NCBI RefSeq assembly: GCF_009914755.1
Contig: NC_060942.1
Direction: 5' to 3' (one strand)
Length of the DNA stretch: 64,000 nt
Origin: the human T2T-CHM13v2.0 reference genome, Homo sapiens
Of this stretch, positions 29,156 through 41,282 are shown one piece after another. Both the position numbers and the translations under genes were made by a program. Every line of letters starts with the position of its first letter. The stretch's first letter is position 1. Under the pieces are notes generated by a model. The model had not been told where the DNA came from. It did not search any database and was given only the letters and a program-made list of their open reading frames with translations.

Positions 29156-29377
29156 TGTTGAGTATTAGGTGTAAGATCAATGCTGTGCTTTGTAACCTAG
29201 GTTTTTTTTAAGCCTGTATTTTCTAGACAATGTGTTGCCCTCTGTTAGATAATAACCAAGTGTTTTTCAATTCAATATCTAGGTAGAGGTATGACAATTA
29301 AGATTGTTGTCAATTCCCTGGTCATTTGATGCAGACACTGCCTTCACTGTAATTTAAAAAAATATTCAGTAACTTCT

Positions 29378-29707
29378 CATTCATTCCATTCAATGTACTT
29401 AATACTTACCTGAGCCATTATGTTTAGGGCATTGTGTTAGTAACTGTGGATGATATGAAGAAAGGCCGTAGAAAGGTTTTTCCTTTGAAGAACTGACAGT
29501 CTCAATTAAAGAGATTAAACTAGCATCCAAATAAATGCAGTACAAAATTTAATAAGAGAAATACCCAAAGTGTGTTTTAAACAAAATGTTAAGAGGATAC
29601 AAAAGGTAGAAAAATATATCAGGTTTGGGAGAAATCAGGAAAGACTTCATGTATGAAGGATCATCAGAGATGGCTTTTAAAGGTTGTGCAGTTGGTAGAC
29701 AATGATG
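29378..29707 (-). mobile_element. L2 element, left part (3' end)
   Basis: cattcattccattcaa tail; aatcaggaaagacttcatg; gagatggcttttaaagg. Confidence 0.65.
29486..29707 (+). repeat. Inverted repeat arm A (222 bp)
   Basis: Reverse complement of 30286-30507; no mismatch found by eye. Confidence 0.97.
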
Positions 29708-29839
29708 TCTCTCTCTCCAGCTTGCAAGCGACCAAAAACAATTAAAAAAAAAAAAAAAAAGGAACAACGACAGAGCTAAGAGACCCTACCAGACTTTAAT
29801 ACCAAGTTTTGCCAGGAATTCTGAATGAATAACTTGCTC

Positions 29840-29976
29840 TCAGAAAACCTCCCTGAAATGAAGGCATTCGATGGTGATTCTAATGAGCTCTGTAGTATGC
29901 TGAAGTGGGAGCAAATGCCAGACCAACAAACAGGAGACTGGGTGTCTTGTCCCTGAGCAATCACTAATTAGCTTTG
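29840..29976 (+). repeat. Direct repeat B (137 bp)
   Basis: Matches 30505-30641 with 3 substitutions. Confidence 0.95.
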
Positions 29977-30285
29977 AGTCATTTAACTTGCACAATCCTG
30001 GGCCTCATTTAAAATGAGGTTGAGGGATCAGAAGACTTCAAACGTCTCTCTATAGCTCTGAAATTGTATAATTAGCACAAACTCAACCCCAATTTCTATT
30101 ATTATATTCTTACAAGAAGTAAAGAAACATTTCCTTTTAATTTTTCAAAGTTTTGTATTCTATCAGTGAGAAACACAGTAGAACACACAGTATTTGGTCA
30201 ATAAGCACATGTTGAATCACTACTAGTGTCAAGAAATACAGCCTGCAAAGTGGAAGTCACTAACTGGTACTGAGAAAGTTAGTAC

Positions 30286-30507
30286 CATCATTGTCTACCA
30301 ACTGCACAACCTTTAAAAGCCATCTCTGATGATCCTTCATACATGAAGTCTTTCCTGATTTCTCCCAAACCTGATATATTTTTCTACCTTTTGTATCCTC
30401 TTAACATTTTGTTTAAAACACACTTTGGGTATTTCTCTTATTAAATTTTGTACTGCATTTATTTGGATGCTAGTTTAATCTCTTTAATTGAGACTGTCAG
30501 TTCTTCA
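30286..30507 (-). repeat. Inverted repeat arm A' (222 bp)
   Basis: CATCATTGTCTACC ... CTGTCAGTTCTTCA is the reverse complement of 29486-29707. Confidence 0.97.
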
Positions 30508-30641
30508 GAAAACCTCCCTCAAATGAAGGCATTCGATGGTGATTCTAATGAGCTCTGTAGTATGCTGAAGTGGGAGCAAATGCCAGACCAACAAACAGGA
30601 GACTGGGTGTCTTGTGCCTGAGCAATCACTAATTAGCTCTG
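30505..30641 (+). repeat. Direct repeat B' (137 bp)
   Basis: TCAGAAAACCTCCC ... CACTAATTAGCTCTG; abuts the first base of the LTR. Confidence 0.95.
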
Positions 30642-31412
30642 TGATACCGACAGAAGGCAGGGAAATACTGGGTAGAGGAGGGCAGTCCCTGGCGAGGGCC
30701 ACACCCTCAAGCCTAAGACTGTGGCCTAAAGTGAGAATGTGCATTCCTGTTTTCCCATTCAAATGCGCTGTTTGGCCCACCCCTCCCCACCATCCTGTAC
30801 CCATAAAAAGCCCAGGCTCTACTGGCAGAGGGGCAGCAGAGTGATAGGGAAGAAGAGAAGAGAAGCAGCAGCTGGGTGTTGGAGAGGAGCAGCCTGACTT
30901 CAGAGGTACAGCCTGATGGCTGGACTTCAGAGAAGAGTCCAGCCAGGGACAGCCGTTTAGCCAGTGGAAGACCACCTTCCCACTCCATCCCCTTTCCAGC
31001 TCCTTATACCACTGAGAGCCACTTTCATTGGCAATAAAATCCTCTGCATTTACCATCTTCAATTTGTTCCTGCAACCTGATTCTTCCTGGACACCAAACA
31101 AGAGCTCGGGATACAGAGGACTGTCAAACCGAGCTGTTAAATACATAAGCCATATGCAGACAGCAAAGCTAAAAGAGCACACTGTAACACACACCCTCTG
31201 GGACTCTGGAGGTTGTGGATACCCCCCAGAAGCTGCCGTGGGGGCCACACAAAGTTCTACTCCTGCCGGTGACCAGAAGCACTCATCCCAGCCCCTGCAC
31301 CCACTTACCTATGATCTCCCCATCCTGTGAGGTGTTGAGAGTTGGGGGCTGAGTAAATGTGCCATCCCCTTAGCAAGTCCTGTGAAAGGGTCAAGGGAAC
31401 CATCTCACTTCA
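30642..31412 (+). mobile_element. ERV1 solo LTR, LTR1 group (HUERS-P2 type)
   Basis: TGATACCGACAGAAGGCAGGGAAATACTGGGTAGAGGAGGGC ... GGGTCAAGGGAACCATCTCACTTCA; TATA-like CATAAAAA near 30802; AATAAA near 31033. Confidence 0.85.
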
Positions 31413-31730
31413 GATGTAAATTCAGAGGGATAGGAATACAAAGATAACTAGGAATGCTGAGTGAAATATACTACATATCTAGGTAGAGGATGTAGGGGAG
31501 GGAGGTGGGGATGTAGCTTATAGACAACTTGAAATTTTATTCTGAGTGAGGTGAAATGCTATGAAGGGTTTTATATACATAATTTAGGAAATACATAATT
31601 TAAAGTTTTGAAAATATCATTTTGGGAGCTAATAGTCCTTAGGGGTCAAGGATGGAAGCAGGGAGGCAGGAGGCCATTGCTTTAGTCCAGGCAACAGATG
31701 ATGACTTGAACTTGGACATGGCAGGACTAT
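31413..31730 (-). mobile_element. L2 element, right part (collinear continuation of 29378-29707)
   Basis: ttgaaattttattctgagtg ... gaagggtttt ... gttttgaaaatatcatttt ... ggaagcagggaggcaggaggccattgctttagtccaggcaacagatgatg, in the recalled L2 order. Confidence 0.65.
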
Positions 31731-32943
31731 AAACATCTTAGTGAAAGGAGAAAAGTGTGATGTGCAAATTGATGCTACAGGGTAACGTAACACAGAGAAG
31801 AGGTGAGATTCAAACCAGATCATGAAAAGGGGAAGAACTTTAAGTGGGCAGGATGGCAATTCTCTTCAGGCAGAGCTCAAGAGGCAACAATGAGGATGCC
31901 ATGTTTGGTGGGACATGGAGTAGCTGTACCTGAAGCCCTGGATTCTCTCATGGAAGGGAGATAAAGCATTACAGCTAGATGAAAGGTCTTTGAATAATAC
32001 TCTTAGGAAATGGGAGAATATTCTTTAGATCATATATAGGAAGAGATCATTGTTGAATCAATGGGAAAGGTCTATGGAGGGGCAACTGTTAAAGGAGAGG
32101 TATTCTTTTTTTTTTTTTTTAACTGAATATCAAGATATTTGCTTGAGAATCTGATATCACAAATGGGATAATTTATAGTATTTCATTTCCTTCATTCTCC
32201 CTGCATGCCCTGTCTCTCAGAAGTTATAATTTGGGAAGTAAATCAAGATTTCAGCTTAAATTGATACCAGAGCACTCAGAAGTTCATACTGAGCCCCATT
32301 GTAGTTTTTCAGGCTGAGCTCAACTCCTTAGACTCTTTAAGATGTAAGTCTTTGCTTTCCTTTTAGATAGGTGAGATCAGTTTCCTTCCCTAAAAAGAAA
32401 TATTTTCACTCAAATAGATAGAGTGAATCAAAATATAGAGTTGTTACAGTCCTAAAGTTTGCATGAGAAATTCAACACATTTATTCATCTCTGCCACATA
32501 AATGCATTTCCTATCTTCAGTACAATTTATCTTCAAAACTTTGCTCTATTTGAATTGCAACAAAATATACTAAGCTATGGGTATTTTTAATAGAAAACAC
32601 CAAACAGTAAAACAGGAAATGTTACCCTACTTCCCTGCTTACATACAACAGTTATAAACCTTCATCTCAGTTTATCCTCTTTTCACAACAGACCCAAGTA
32701 GGCAATAACAATCACTGGGCTGCCACATAGCCCTTTCTCTTCCAAAAACCAATGCTTCTCTTATTTCTAAAGTAGTGAAGAAGAAAAACTCAAGAGGCAA
32801 TAATCCAATGTGTCAATAAATCTCATTGGCTCTATTTAAAAATCTAAAATAGAAGCACTTGTGTGTTACCAGACGATGCCTCTGATGGATTGTTGATATC
32901 TGAATGGCCTCTTAACTGCTCTGGCTGCTTCACCCTTATTCCC

Positions 32944-33578
<635 letters not shown>

Positions 33579-33619
33579 CTCCCCCATAGTCTAACTTTAT
33601 TTCCTCCTACTCCCGCTCT

Positions 33620-34085
33620 TGTTCACTCTGCCACATTGTGCACTTTGCAATAAGTTAGGCAATCCAAAGCACAATCCTGACTTGAGCCTTGACACTTGCT
33701 ATTTCCTCTCTTGGGAGTATCTTTCCTTCAGATGTGTGCTAGGCTTTCTCAGTAACGTCTTTAACATTCTGAAAGATTACTTGTCTCTGAGGTCTTCCCT
33801 GGTGATCTAATTGAAAAAATCACATACCTTCCTCCTCCCCAACACACCGGGCCCCACTCCTTATCTGTCTTCCCTGCTTTATTATTCTTCTCAGTACCTA
33901 CGACTCAGACAAATATTTTACTCCTCCATTCGCATATTACAGCTCCTTCCTCCAGTTTGCAGGCTCTGTGGCCAGGGATTTTTACTCTTTTGCTTGCTCC
34001 TATATCCCTCACACCTGGGGGGTTCAGTGTGTGTCACAATGAGTGTACCCAGGCATAAAGGAATAAATGTGTAAATTAAAGAAAT
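33620..34085 (+). mobile_element. L2a 3' fragment
   Basis: ccttgacacttgctatttcctctc, tctctgaggtcttccctg, aggctctgtggccagggatt. Confidence 0.6.
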
Positions 34086-36323
34086 TTATTTTCCTTCAAA
34101 TTTATTTTTACTTAATGCATTCATTCATTCATCAAATATTTATTGAGTCTCTAAGCTCAAGGCTTTGATGAATATTAGGGTTTTTTAAAGCAACGCTTAA
34201 AGTTTTAAGTTTTCTGAAGGCAAGGAAAACTTTCAGGAAACTTATAACTTCAAAGAGTAAATAAATAATATAGACAAAAAGCAGTAAGGGAGGGTAAGGG
34301 AAAGCAATCTAAAGTGAGAGTATTATGGTTCACATACTGTGCTGGTATTTTTAGTGTTTGAAATATTTTAATGTATGTTAATAAATTCATCATTTTATAT
34401 ATATGTCTATGTGTTTGTTTATTTATTTATTTATTTATTTATTTTTGAGAAGTCACAATACAGACCAATGAAGGACAAGCTCCTTCCAAAACCATAAATT
34501 GCTATAGAGCCCAGGGAGGGAGAGGCCATTTCAGACCAAGTTGTTGCTTTTTGGAGGAGGTGGTATTTAAGCAAAGCTATGATGGGTTGCATGATTTTGG
34601 TAGGTGGAGATTATCAGTACATGCTCCAGGGATAGCAAATAAGATCATGGATGTAACAGATGTGCACTGTGTCCAGGTTTAGTGGGAGAGAAGCCTGGAA
34701 ATACAGGCTGAAATATTCTGCCTATGGTACGATGTGAAGTGGATTCCTCTAGTTCTGTTCGAAGGAGAGAGAAACGGGTAGGAAGAGTCTCTGCCATTTG
34801 AATGTATTTGAAAAACTTTATGACTCAGGTTTTTATCCTTAAATCCCTGTGCCTTACTTGTTTCTCCTCCCCTGGGCACATCCATTTTAAGTACTAAAGT
34901 CCCACACTCAATTCAGGACTCCAGCAAGTGTCTGGTCTCAGTAGAAAATGGCAAATCGGATGAATGAGAGATACGATGGAGCCTGGTTTTCAACTCTTGG
35001 TTTTGCTAAGGGAAGAAGTATTGAGAAGGGGAAACTTTCTAAGTTCTCTTTCCCTGGTTATCTGTGGAATTTGTCACCTCTAATCAAGCCATCTCTCTGC
35101 TAGCTCTGACATCTGAACATTGCTCTTTCTCATGCACACATTTCTTTTCAGGAGACTATTCTCTGTCTTGCCCATTGTATATACTTATGAAGCAGTAGTT
35201 ATTGATTTTTATTTACTGCAGCTTGTTTATGGATACCTCTTTCTTCCTCCTAGCTTTCCCTAGATGTCATTGACCCTGTGTTTACCATCTTTGCATTGCC
35301 TCATTGTGTCACAGAGCCAAGCACAGACCAGACACCTAATGAACACCCATCGAACTGGGCTAATTTCTCAAGGAATAAGTATTGTTTTGCTACTTCAACT
35401 CTCATATCCATATGGGTAAATTTCAACACTCTATCTCTGACCAGACTTTGTAATTCAATTCTGTATCTCCTGAAATGCAATATTGTAAATATTGTAGGAA
35501 TTAAAGTCTTAGCCATACTCCATGTTGAGTGTGTGTATTTTAAAGCAAATACCTGATATCTCTGCCACTCACTTTTCTCGTCTGCACAATGGGAATGATA
35601 ATAATCATATCCATATCTCATTTGGGAAATAGGCTAAGATGGGAGAGTAGCTCTTTGAGTAGTTGTCCCTTCCCTATGCCACCGTTAGGTGACAGAACAT
35701 CTCCCTTTGGATATTTGTCATTATTTCCCAACACAGAATCCCTCCACCAATCCTATTCTCTCTTAGAATTTTCCTTTCTCTGTGACTGACACTACAACTA
35801 TCTTAGGTCTAAACTTGGATGTTGTTTTTCCATTGTCCCTTTTATTTCATTGTTCCTCAGGCTTATTGATTCTTCTTTCAAAATGCATTTCAAATTTATC
35901 TACTCCAGGGAAGGTGTTTGTCCTAAACTCCAAACTTTGTCTTCTAACTGCCGCATGCTGTCTGTGACATCTCACAATTGAACTCCCACCAAACATCACC
36001 AATCAGAAATGTTTTTGAAAAAGACTGCTTGTGTCATTTTACTTCCCAAGCAGAAATCCTCCAGTTCTTATCCACTGTGCTTCTTTTATTCACAATCATT
36101 TGTTATTTTAATTAACCAACATTTTTAAAATTCCCGTTTCATGCCCAGGCAGGTTGCAAGATGCTAGGGATGAAAAGGAAAAACAAAACAAAAAAAAACA
36201 AAAAAACAAACAAGCAAAAAAAACCAAAAAGAAAACCACATGACTTTGGGAAGATTCTGGAGTTCTCATTAGCATAACGATTTTTACATTCTGCTTAAAT
36301 TCCCCCAATTCAGTCTTTATTTT

Positions 36324-36402
36324 GCTCCTGGCTTCAAATGATCCTTCTACCTCAGCCTCCCAAAATGCTAGGATTGCAGGTGTGAGCCACTGTGCCCAGC
36401 CC
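36324..36402 (-). mobile_element. Alu left-monomer (AluJ/FLAM) fragment without a tail
   Basis: ctcctggcttcaaatgatcc ... cctcccaaaatgctaggattgcaggtgtgagccactgtgcccagcc. Confidence 0.85.
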
Positions 36403-39400
36403 CTCTCTGATCTTAATTTCCCATTCCCTGGAGCCCAGTGCTCACCCTCACTCCTGTCCCAGACACCCTAAGTTCTATATTCCCAAGAATAACATGTTTC
36501 ATTCCATTTGACTTCAAGATATTGTTCGTGCTGTTCCCTAACCCAGAATGTCCTTCATTTGTTAAGCAAATATGCATTGGTCAACCTTGTGCCAGGCACT
36601 TTGATTTCTATATGTCCTTCAGGATCTAATTTAAAATTTGCTTTGTTCCAGTTAAGCTCAAATTGAAAATCCCAATGCCTTCATTTGTACCTTATGGAGA
36701 CACTGGACACTGAATTATTTACTGCCTTAGGGTTTTGCTTACTTGTTGCATGTCTTGTTTATACCTAATACAATTATAAACTCAAGAAATCTAGAGTCAT
36801 TTTTAACTTCTTATATCTCCTTCTTCCTTTCCTTTCCCCATACCCACTTCAACCACACAATTAGCTGCCTACAGGAAACATTTTGTAAATTCTTTTTAGT
36901 AAAACAAAGTATTGAAGGAGGAGATATTTGCCCACACCCCATTGCTCACTGTGATAAGGCAACTTACTAATGTTTGTTTTGTGGGAGATTAGTTGTTTCA
37001 GAAACTTAGGTACACACAAGGGCTTTCACATTCAAATATGTTTGGGAAATTATGAGTTAATTAAAGTTAAACCAGTTTGTTTACAGCAGGACATTAATTT
37101 CTTCTAGAAGAAATTATAGATTTCCAAATTTATTTTGAAAACACCAACTTTTTGGCGAAGACACATTTTTAGAATGAATGGTCAACAATCACACGTCCAG
37201 AATTGCCTGAGAATTCCTGGAGTTCAGTCTTAGATTTGTAATTGTTACATGGAATAACACATGGCTTTCTTCCATCTTACCACTTCATCATCTTCATGGT
37301 AGACCCTCCAGAAATAATCAAAAGCAGGAAATAATAGAAACAAATATAAAGCAAAGTCAACAGGAAACACAGTAAATGGAGTCATTATGGATTAATGAAA
37401 GGACAGTCATGGCCCTGTAAATCGAAGCTAAAGAAGTTGTTTTGCAGTTGAGTAGAAGCAGGCAGGCATATGCAAAGAGCACCAGGTTAGGATTTGGGAG
37501 ACCTGGGTTTCATTTCTGGCTTTGCCTTCGGTTGCCTTAAAATTTGAGCAGATCATTGAATGTCTCCACATCTCCTTTTTGTTTTTGTTTTTTTTTAAGT
37601 TTTTTTGTTTTTTGTTTTGGTGTGTTTTCCCATTTATTTAATGAAGAGATTAGATTAAATACGTGCTAAAATACCTCCTAGATCTAATGTTTATGTTTCT
37701 GCAATGCAGATTCTTAACATTTTAGTCGGGCTTCACCTCTGCATACCAATCTGTGAAATATGCCTAAAGACATAGGCGTAGTGTATGAAATATTAGAAAT
37801 CTATGGTGAGGAACTCCTGAAAATGACTGGTTGATGTTGCATACCCCTCTGGTAGTTTATGTGCTGGTTCCCCAGAGATAATGAACTCAGGTTGTTAGTT
37901 GTGAAATGTCATTTCTGTTATTCATTCTGAAGTGAGGAAACAATGGCTGCCTAGGGAATTTTTAATGTGAGGTATGGAGCTAAGTCATCACTAATGCATT
38001 GTAATGTGACTTTTCTAATGGAGCCTTGTGGAAGATTATGACTGGTTCAGTTTTGCCTCTTCTTTAAATTGTGCCAAATGACAAGAATGCAGGCATTTGG
38101 CCAAAGCTGACCAGGAACTTTTGAGGACCATCCAATTCACTAAGTTTGTGATTGATCACAAATTTGAGTTCTAAACACATAGGGAAGAAGGTGGGGAAAC
38201 TTTAGTCAATTACAGATTTTACCACGCTGGGAACCAAAGATTTTCCTTTCTTTTATCTTGCATTTTAAACAGATTGCTTACAGGAATGAAACACCCAAAT
38301 ACTTTCTCCATTTGCTCTCCTAAATGTTTGCTCTAATACTCCTAAAACAGGTTTTTGCTTGGGTAAATAACATGGAAAGGCAAATAACTCCACATACAAC
38401 TGTTTACCCAGTGGCTCATGCCAGTGTGTGGTGGGCAGTATTGATTTTTCTGGAGTTATACAGCTCTTCTAACTAAGATGGTTAAAGGTCATAGTATAGT
38501 TATCAGGTGAGGTAATGGTCATGAGGGTATTTAATTGCCATAGTTATTCAACTGTGTATTTTTGAGATACCACCAGTAGATGGTGATTAATTAGTGGCTC
38601 TTTTTAAAAACAAGATACAACTGAAAATAATATAGGAAAGAACTCTTTGTATCAAGGTGTTCATAAACACAATTAGAAAATCACTGCCCTTTTGTGTTTT
38701 AGATGATGATCGTGAATAATAGTATGAAGTCAATGATGTTGATTATCTTCAGTGTTTATCTTATTTAATATACACTTATTTCATTCCATGTGGTCTGTCC
38801 ACAACCAGCTGAATTCAGACCTTGATTATTTTGCCTGTTTCCCACAATTCACACAAAATAAGCATAAATGCCACCCTTGGCACATGGAATGCTGCAATAA
38901 TTGTATGACTGAGTTCTGCTTATTGTGTGGACTCAATGAAGTCAGCCTATCTCCAGCAAGTAATCAGATTGTAAAGGGATGTTTGTTCCATAAAGTTGCC
39001 TAGAATCATCTCAGGGAGTGCTTGTGTTGGAGGAGGTGGTGGGAAAATTAAATAATGATCAGGGATATAGTAATAAATAAGAGATAGTCCCTTCTTCCAA
39101 GAATCTCCGGCTAATAGAGACTTGGAGAGGAAAGATGGGGAAAGCAATAATTACAGTACTGTCTAGTAGGGGCCAATGCAGAGGAGAGACAAGGAAGATG
39201 TGGGGGGAGTGGATGGATACCTGGAGGAGGTAAAACTTGGGCTCGAATTTGTGGGATGAGTGGAAATTTATTAGGTAATTAAAGAGGGAATCTTTTCAGA
39301 TATAACAGCAAATCAAAAAGAGGGGATTAGAGAATGAGGTGTGTTACGGGAACACAAAAATGTTCCTATGGATAAAGCACAAAGGTGTTTGTAAAATGTA

Positions 39401-39703
39401 GCGATATGTGGCTTGTGGCTGGAAGCAGCAATATGTGGCAATGGCTGCATGGTGAAAGGTATTGAATGGCAAACAAATTTTAATTTAAAAAAATCATTGT
39501 TTGAAGGTACCGAACAGCCATTGGTAACTTGCAACTTTTTTTCCTACTCTTTATGTATAGATACATAATTTTCATATGTACTAAAAGTGGTCATATGCAG
39601 GCTTTCCTTATTTGATTCCACCTTTGCCTCTTTATTGTCATCACTAAACTACCTTCTCAAGGTAATCAATGTCAGCAATCTAACTCTCATGTTTTTCTCA
39701 GGA

Positions 39704-40079
39704 TTTATTATCTTTTCTCACACTGCCATGAATAAATAGCTGAGACTGGGTAATTTATCAAGGAAAGAGGTTTAATTGACTCACAGTTCTGCATTGCTGG
39801 GGAGGCCTCAGAAAACTTAAAATCATGGTGGAAGGTAAAGGAGAAGCAGGCACCTTTGTCACAGGGTACCAGGACGAAGTGAGTACAACGGGGGAAATGA
39901 CAGACACTTATAAAACAGTCACATCTCATGAGAACTCACTCACTATCATGAGGACAGCATGGGGAAACTGCCCCCATGATCCAATTAACTCCATCTGGTC
40001 CTGCCCTTGACATGTAGGGATTATGGGGATTACAATTCGAGGTGAGGGTTGGGTGGGGACACAGAGCCAAACCATATCA
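39704..40079 (-). mobile_element. THE1D-like 3' LTR
   Basis: Reverse complement begins TGATATGGTTTGGCTCTGTGTCCCCACCC. Confidence 0.9.
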
Positions 40080-40425
40080 TTCCACCAGGCCACTCCCAAA
40101 TCTCATGTCCTTCTCACATTCCAAAACCAATCATGCCTTCCCAAAAGTCCCCCAAAGTCTTAACTCATTGCAGCATTAACTCAAAAGTCCACAGTCCATA
40201 GTCTCATCTGAGACAAGGCAAGTCTCTTCTGTTTATGAGCCTTTATAATCAAAGCAAGTTAGTTACTTCCAAGATACAATGGAGGTACAGGCCTTGGATA
40301 AATAAACCCATTCCAAATAGGATAAATTGGCCAAAAGAAAGGAGCTACAGGCCCCATGCAAGTCAGAAATCCAATAGGGTAATCCTTAAAGTTCCAAAAT
40401 AATTTCCTTTGACTCCACGTCTCAC
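40080..40425 (-). mobile_element. THE1 internal sequence (3' end with polypurine tract), truncated
   Basis: cccaaatctcatgtccttctcacattccaaaaccaatcatgccttccc ... agttagttacttcc ... gactccacgtctcac, directly adjoining the LTR. Confidence 0.85.
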
Positions 40426-40977
40426 CTCTGTCTGGGGCAGTCCACTGTGTGTAAAATGCCATCTGATGATTACATAAGAACATCTTTTTTAAAGTATATT
40501 TCTTCACCATTTCAATTTGATCTTCTAGAAATAGCCTCTTTTATTGTTTGTCCATCTTGTTTTTTTTTTTTTGTTGTTGTTGTTAATTTTTGAGAGCTCT
40601 TTTCTATCCTCTGCAACAGTAATATTTATTCAAAGTCTATGATTTGGTCTATTGGTTTTGTTAGCAGCATATTTTCCCATACAAAAGATCTAACTTTATC
40701 TGATATCTTTTTGTTTACACTATTAGGGTTTCCAGTTGTGGTTAAGAAGGACTTCCATGTGATTGCTTAGATATTCTTGCAATATTTTAAGGTTTTATAT
40801 ACATGATTAAGTTTCTAATCCATGTGGTATTTGTTTTTGTACTATATAATGTAAATCAGCAGTCTGATTTCATTTTTTTTCTAGTTAAGTAGTCCCTTGG
40901 ACCAACACTATTTACTTAATAAACCACATTTTTCTCCACTGAATTTAAATACAACTGTTATCATATGCTAAGTTCTT

Positions 40978-41254
40978 CTTCTTTTATTTTTTATTTTTTG
41001 CTTGAGACAAAGTCTTGCTGTCTCCCAGGCTGGATTGTGCAATCTTGGCTCAATGCAACCTCAGCTTCTTGGGTTCAAGTGATTCTCCTGCCTCAGCCTC
41101 CTGAGTAACTGGGATTACACGTGTGCACCACTATGCCTGGCTAATTTTTTGTATTTTTAGTAGAGACTGGTCTCAAACTCCCAACCTTAAGTGATCCACC
41201 TACCTTGGCCTCCCAAAGTTCTGGAATTACACGTGTGAGCCACCACACCCAGCC
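40978..41254 (-). mobile_element. AluS with a ~24-bp internal deletion
   Basis: Reverse Alu; TAGAGAC joined directly to TGGTCTC; degenerate TSD TCATATGCTAAGTTCT/TCATACAGTAAGTTCT. Confidence 0.92.
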
Positions 41255-41282
41255 ATCATACAGTAAGTTCTATGTTCTAAGA

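Noticed and set aside
30505-31248. Longest ORF in the track (247 aa, minus strand)
   Set aside because: It is an antisense read-through of the LTR and repeat B' with no recognisable domain; a chance ORF in GC-richer LTR DNA.
34416-34449. (TTTA)n followed by TTTTTGAGA as an extremely truncated Alu
   Set aside because: Only ~5 Alu-like bases and no TSD; cannot be told apart from a simple repeat.
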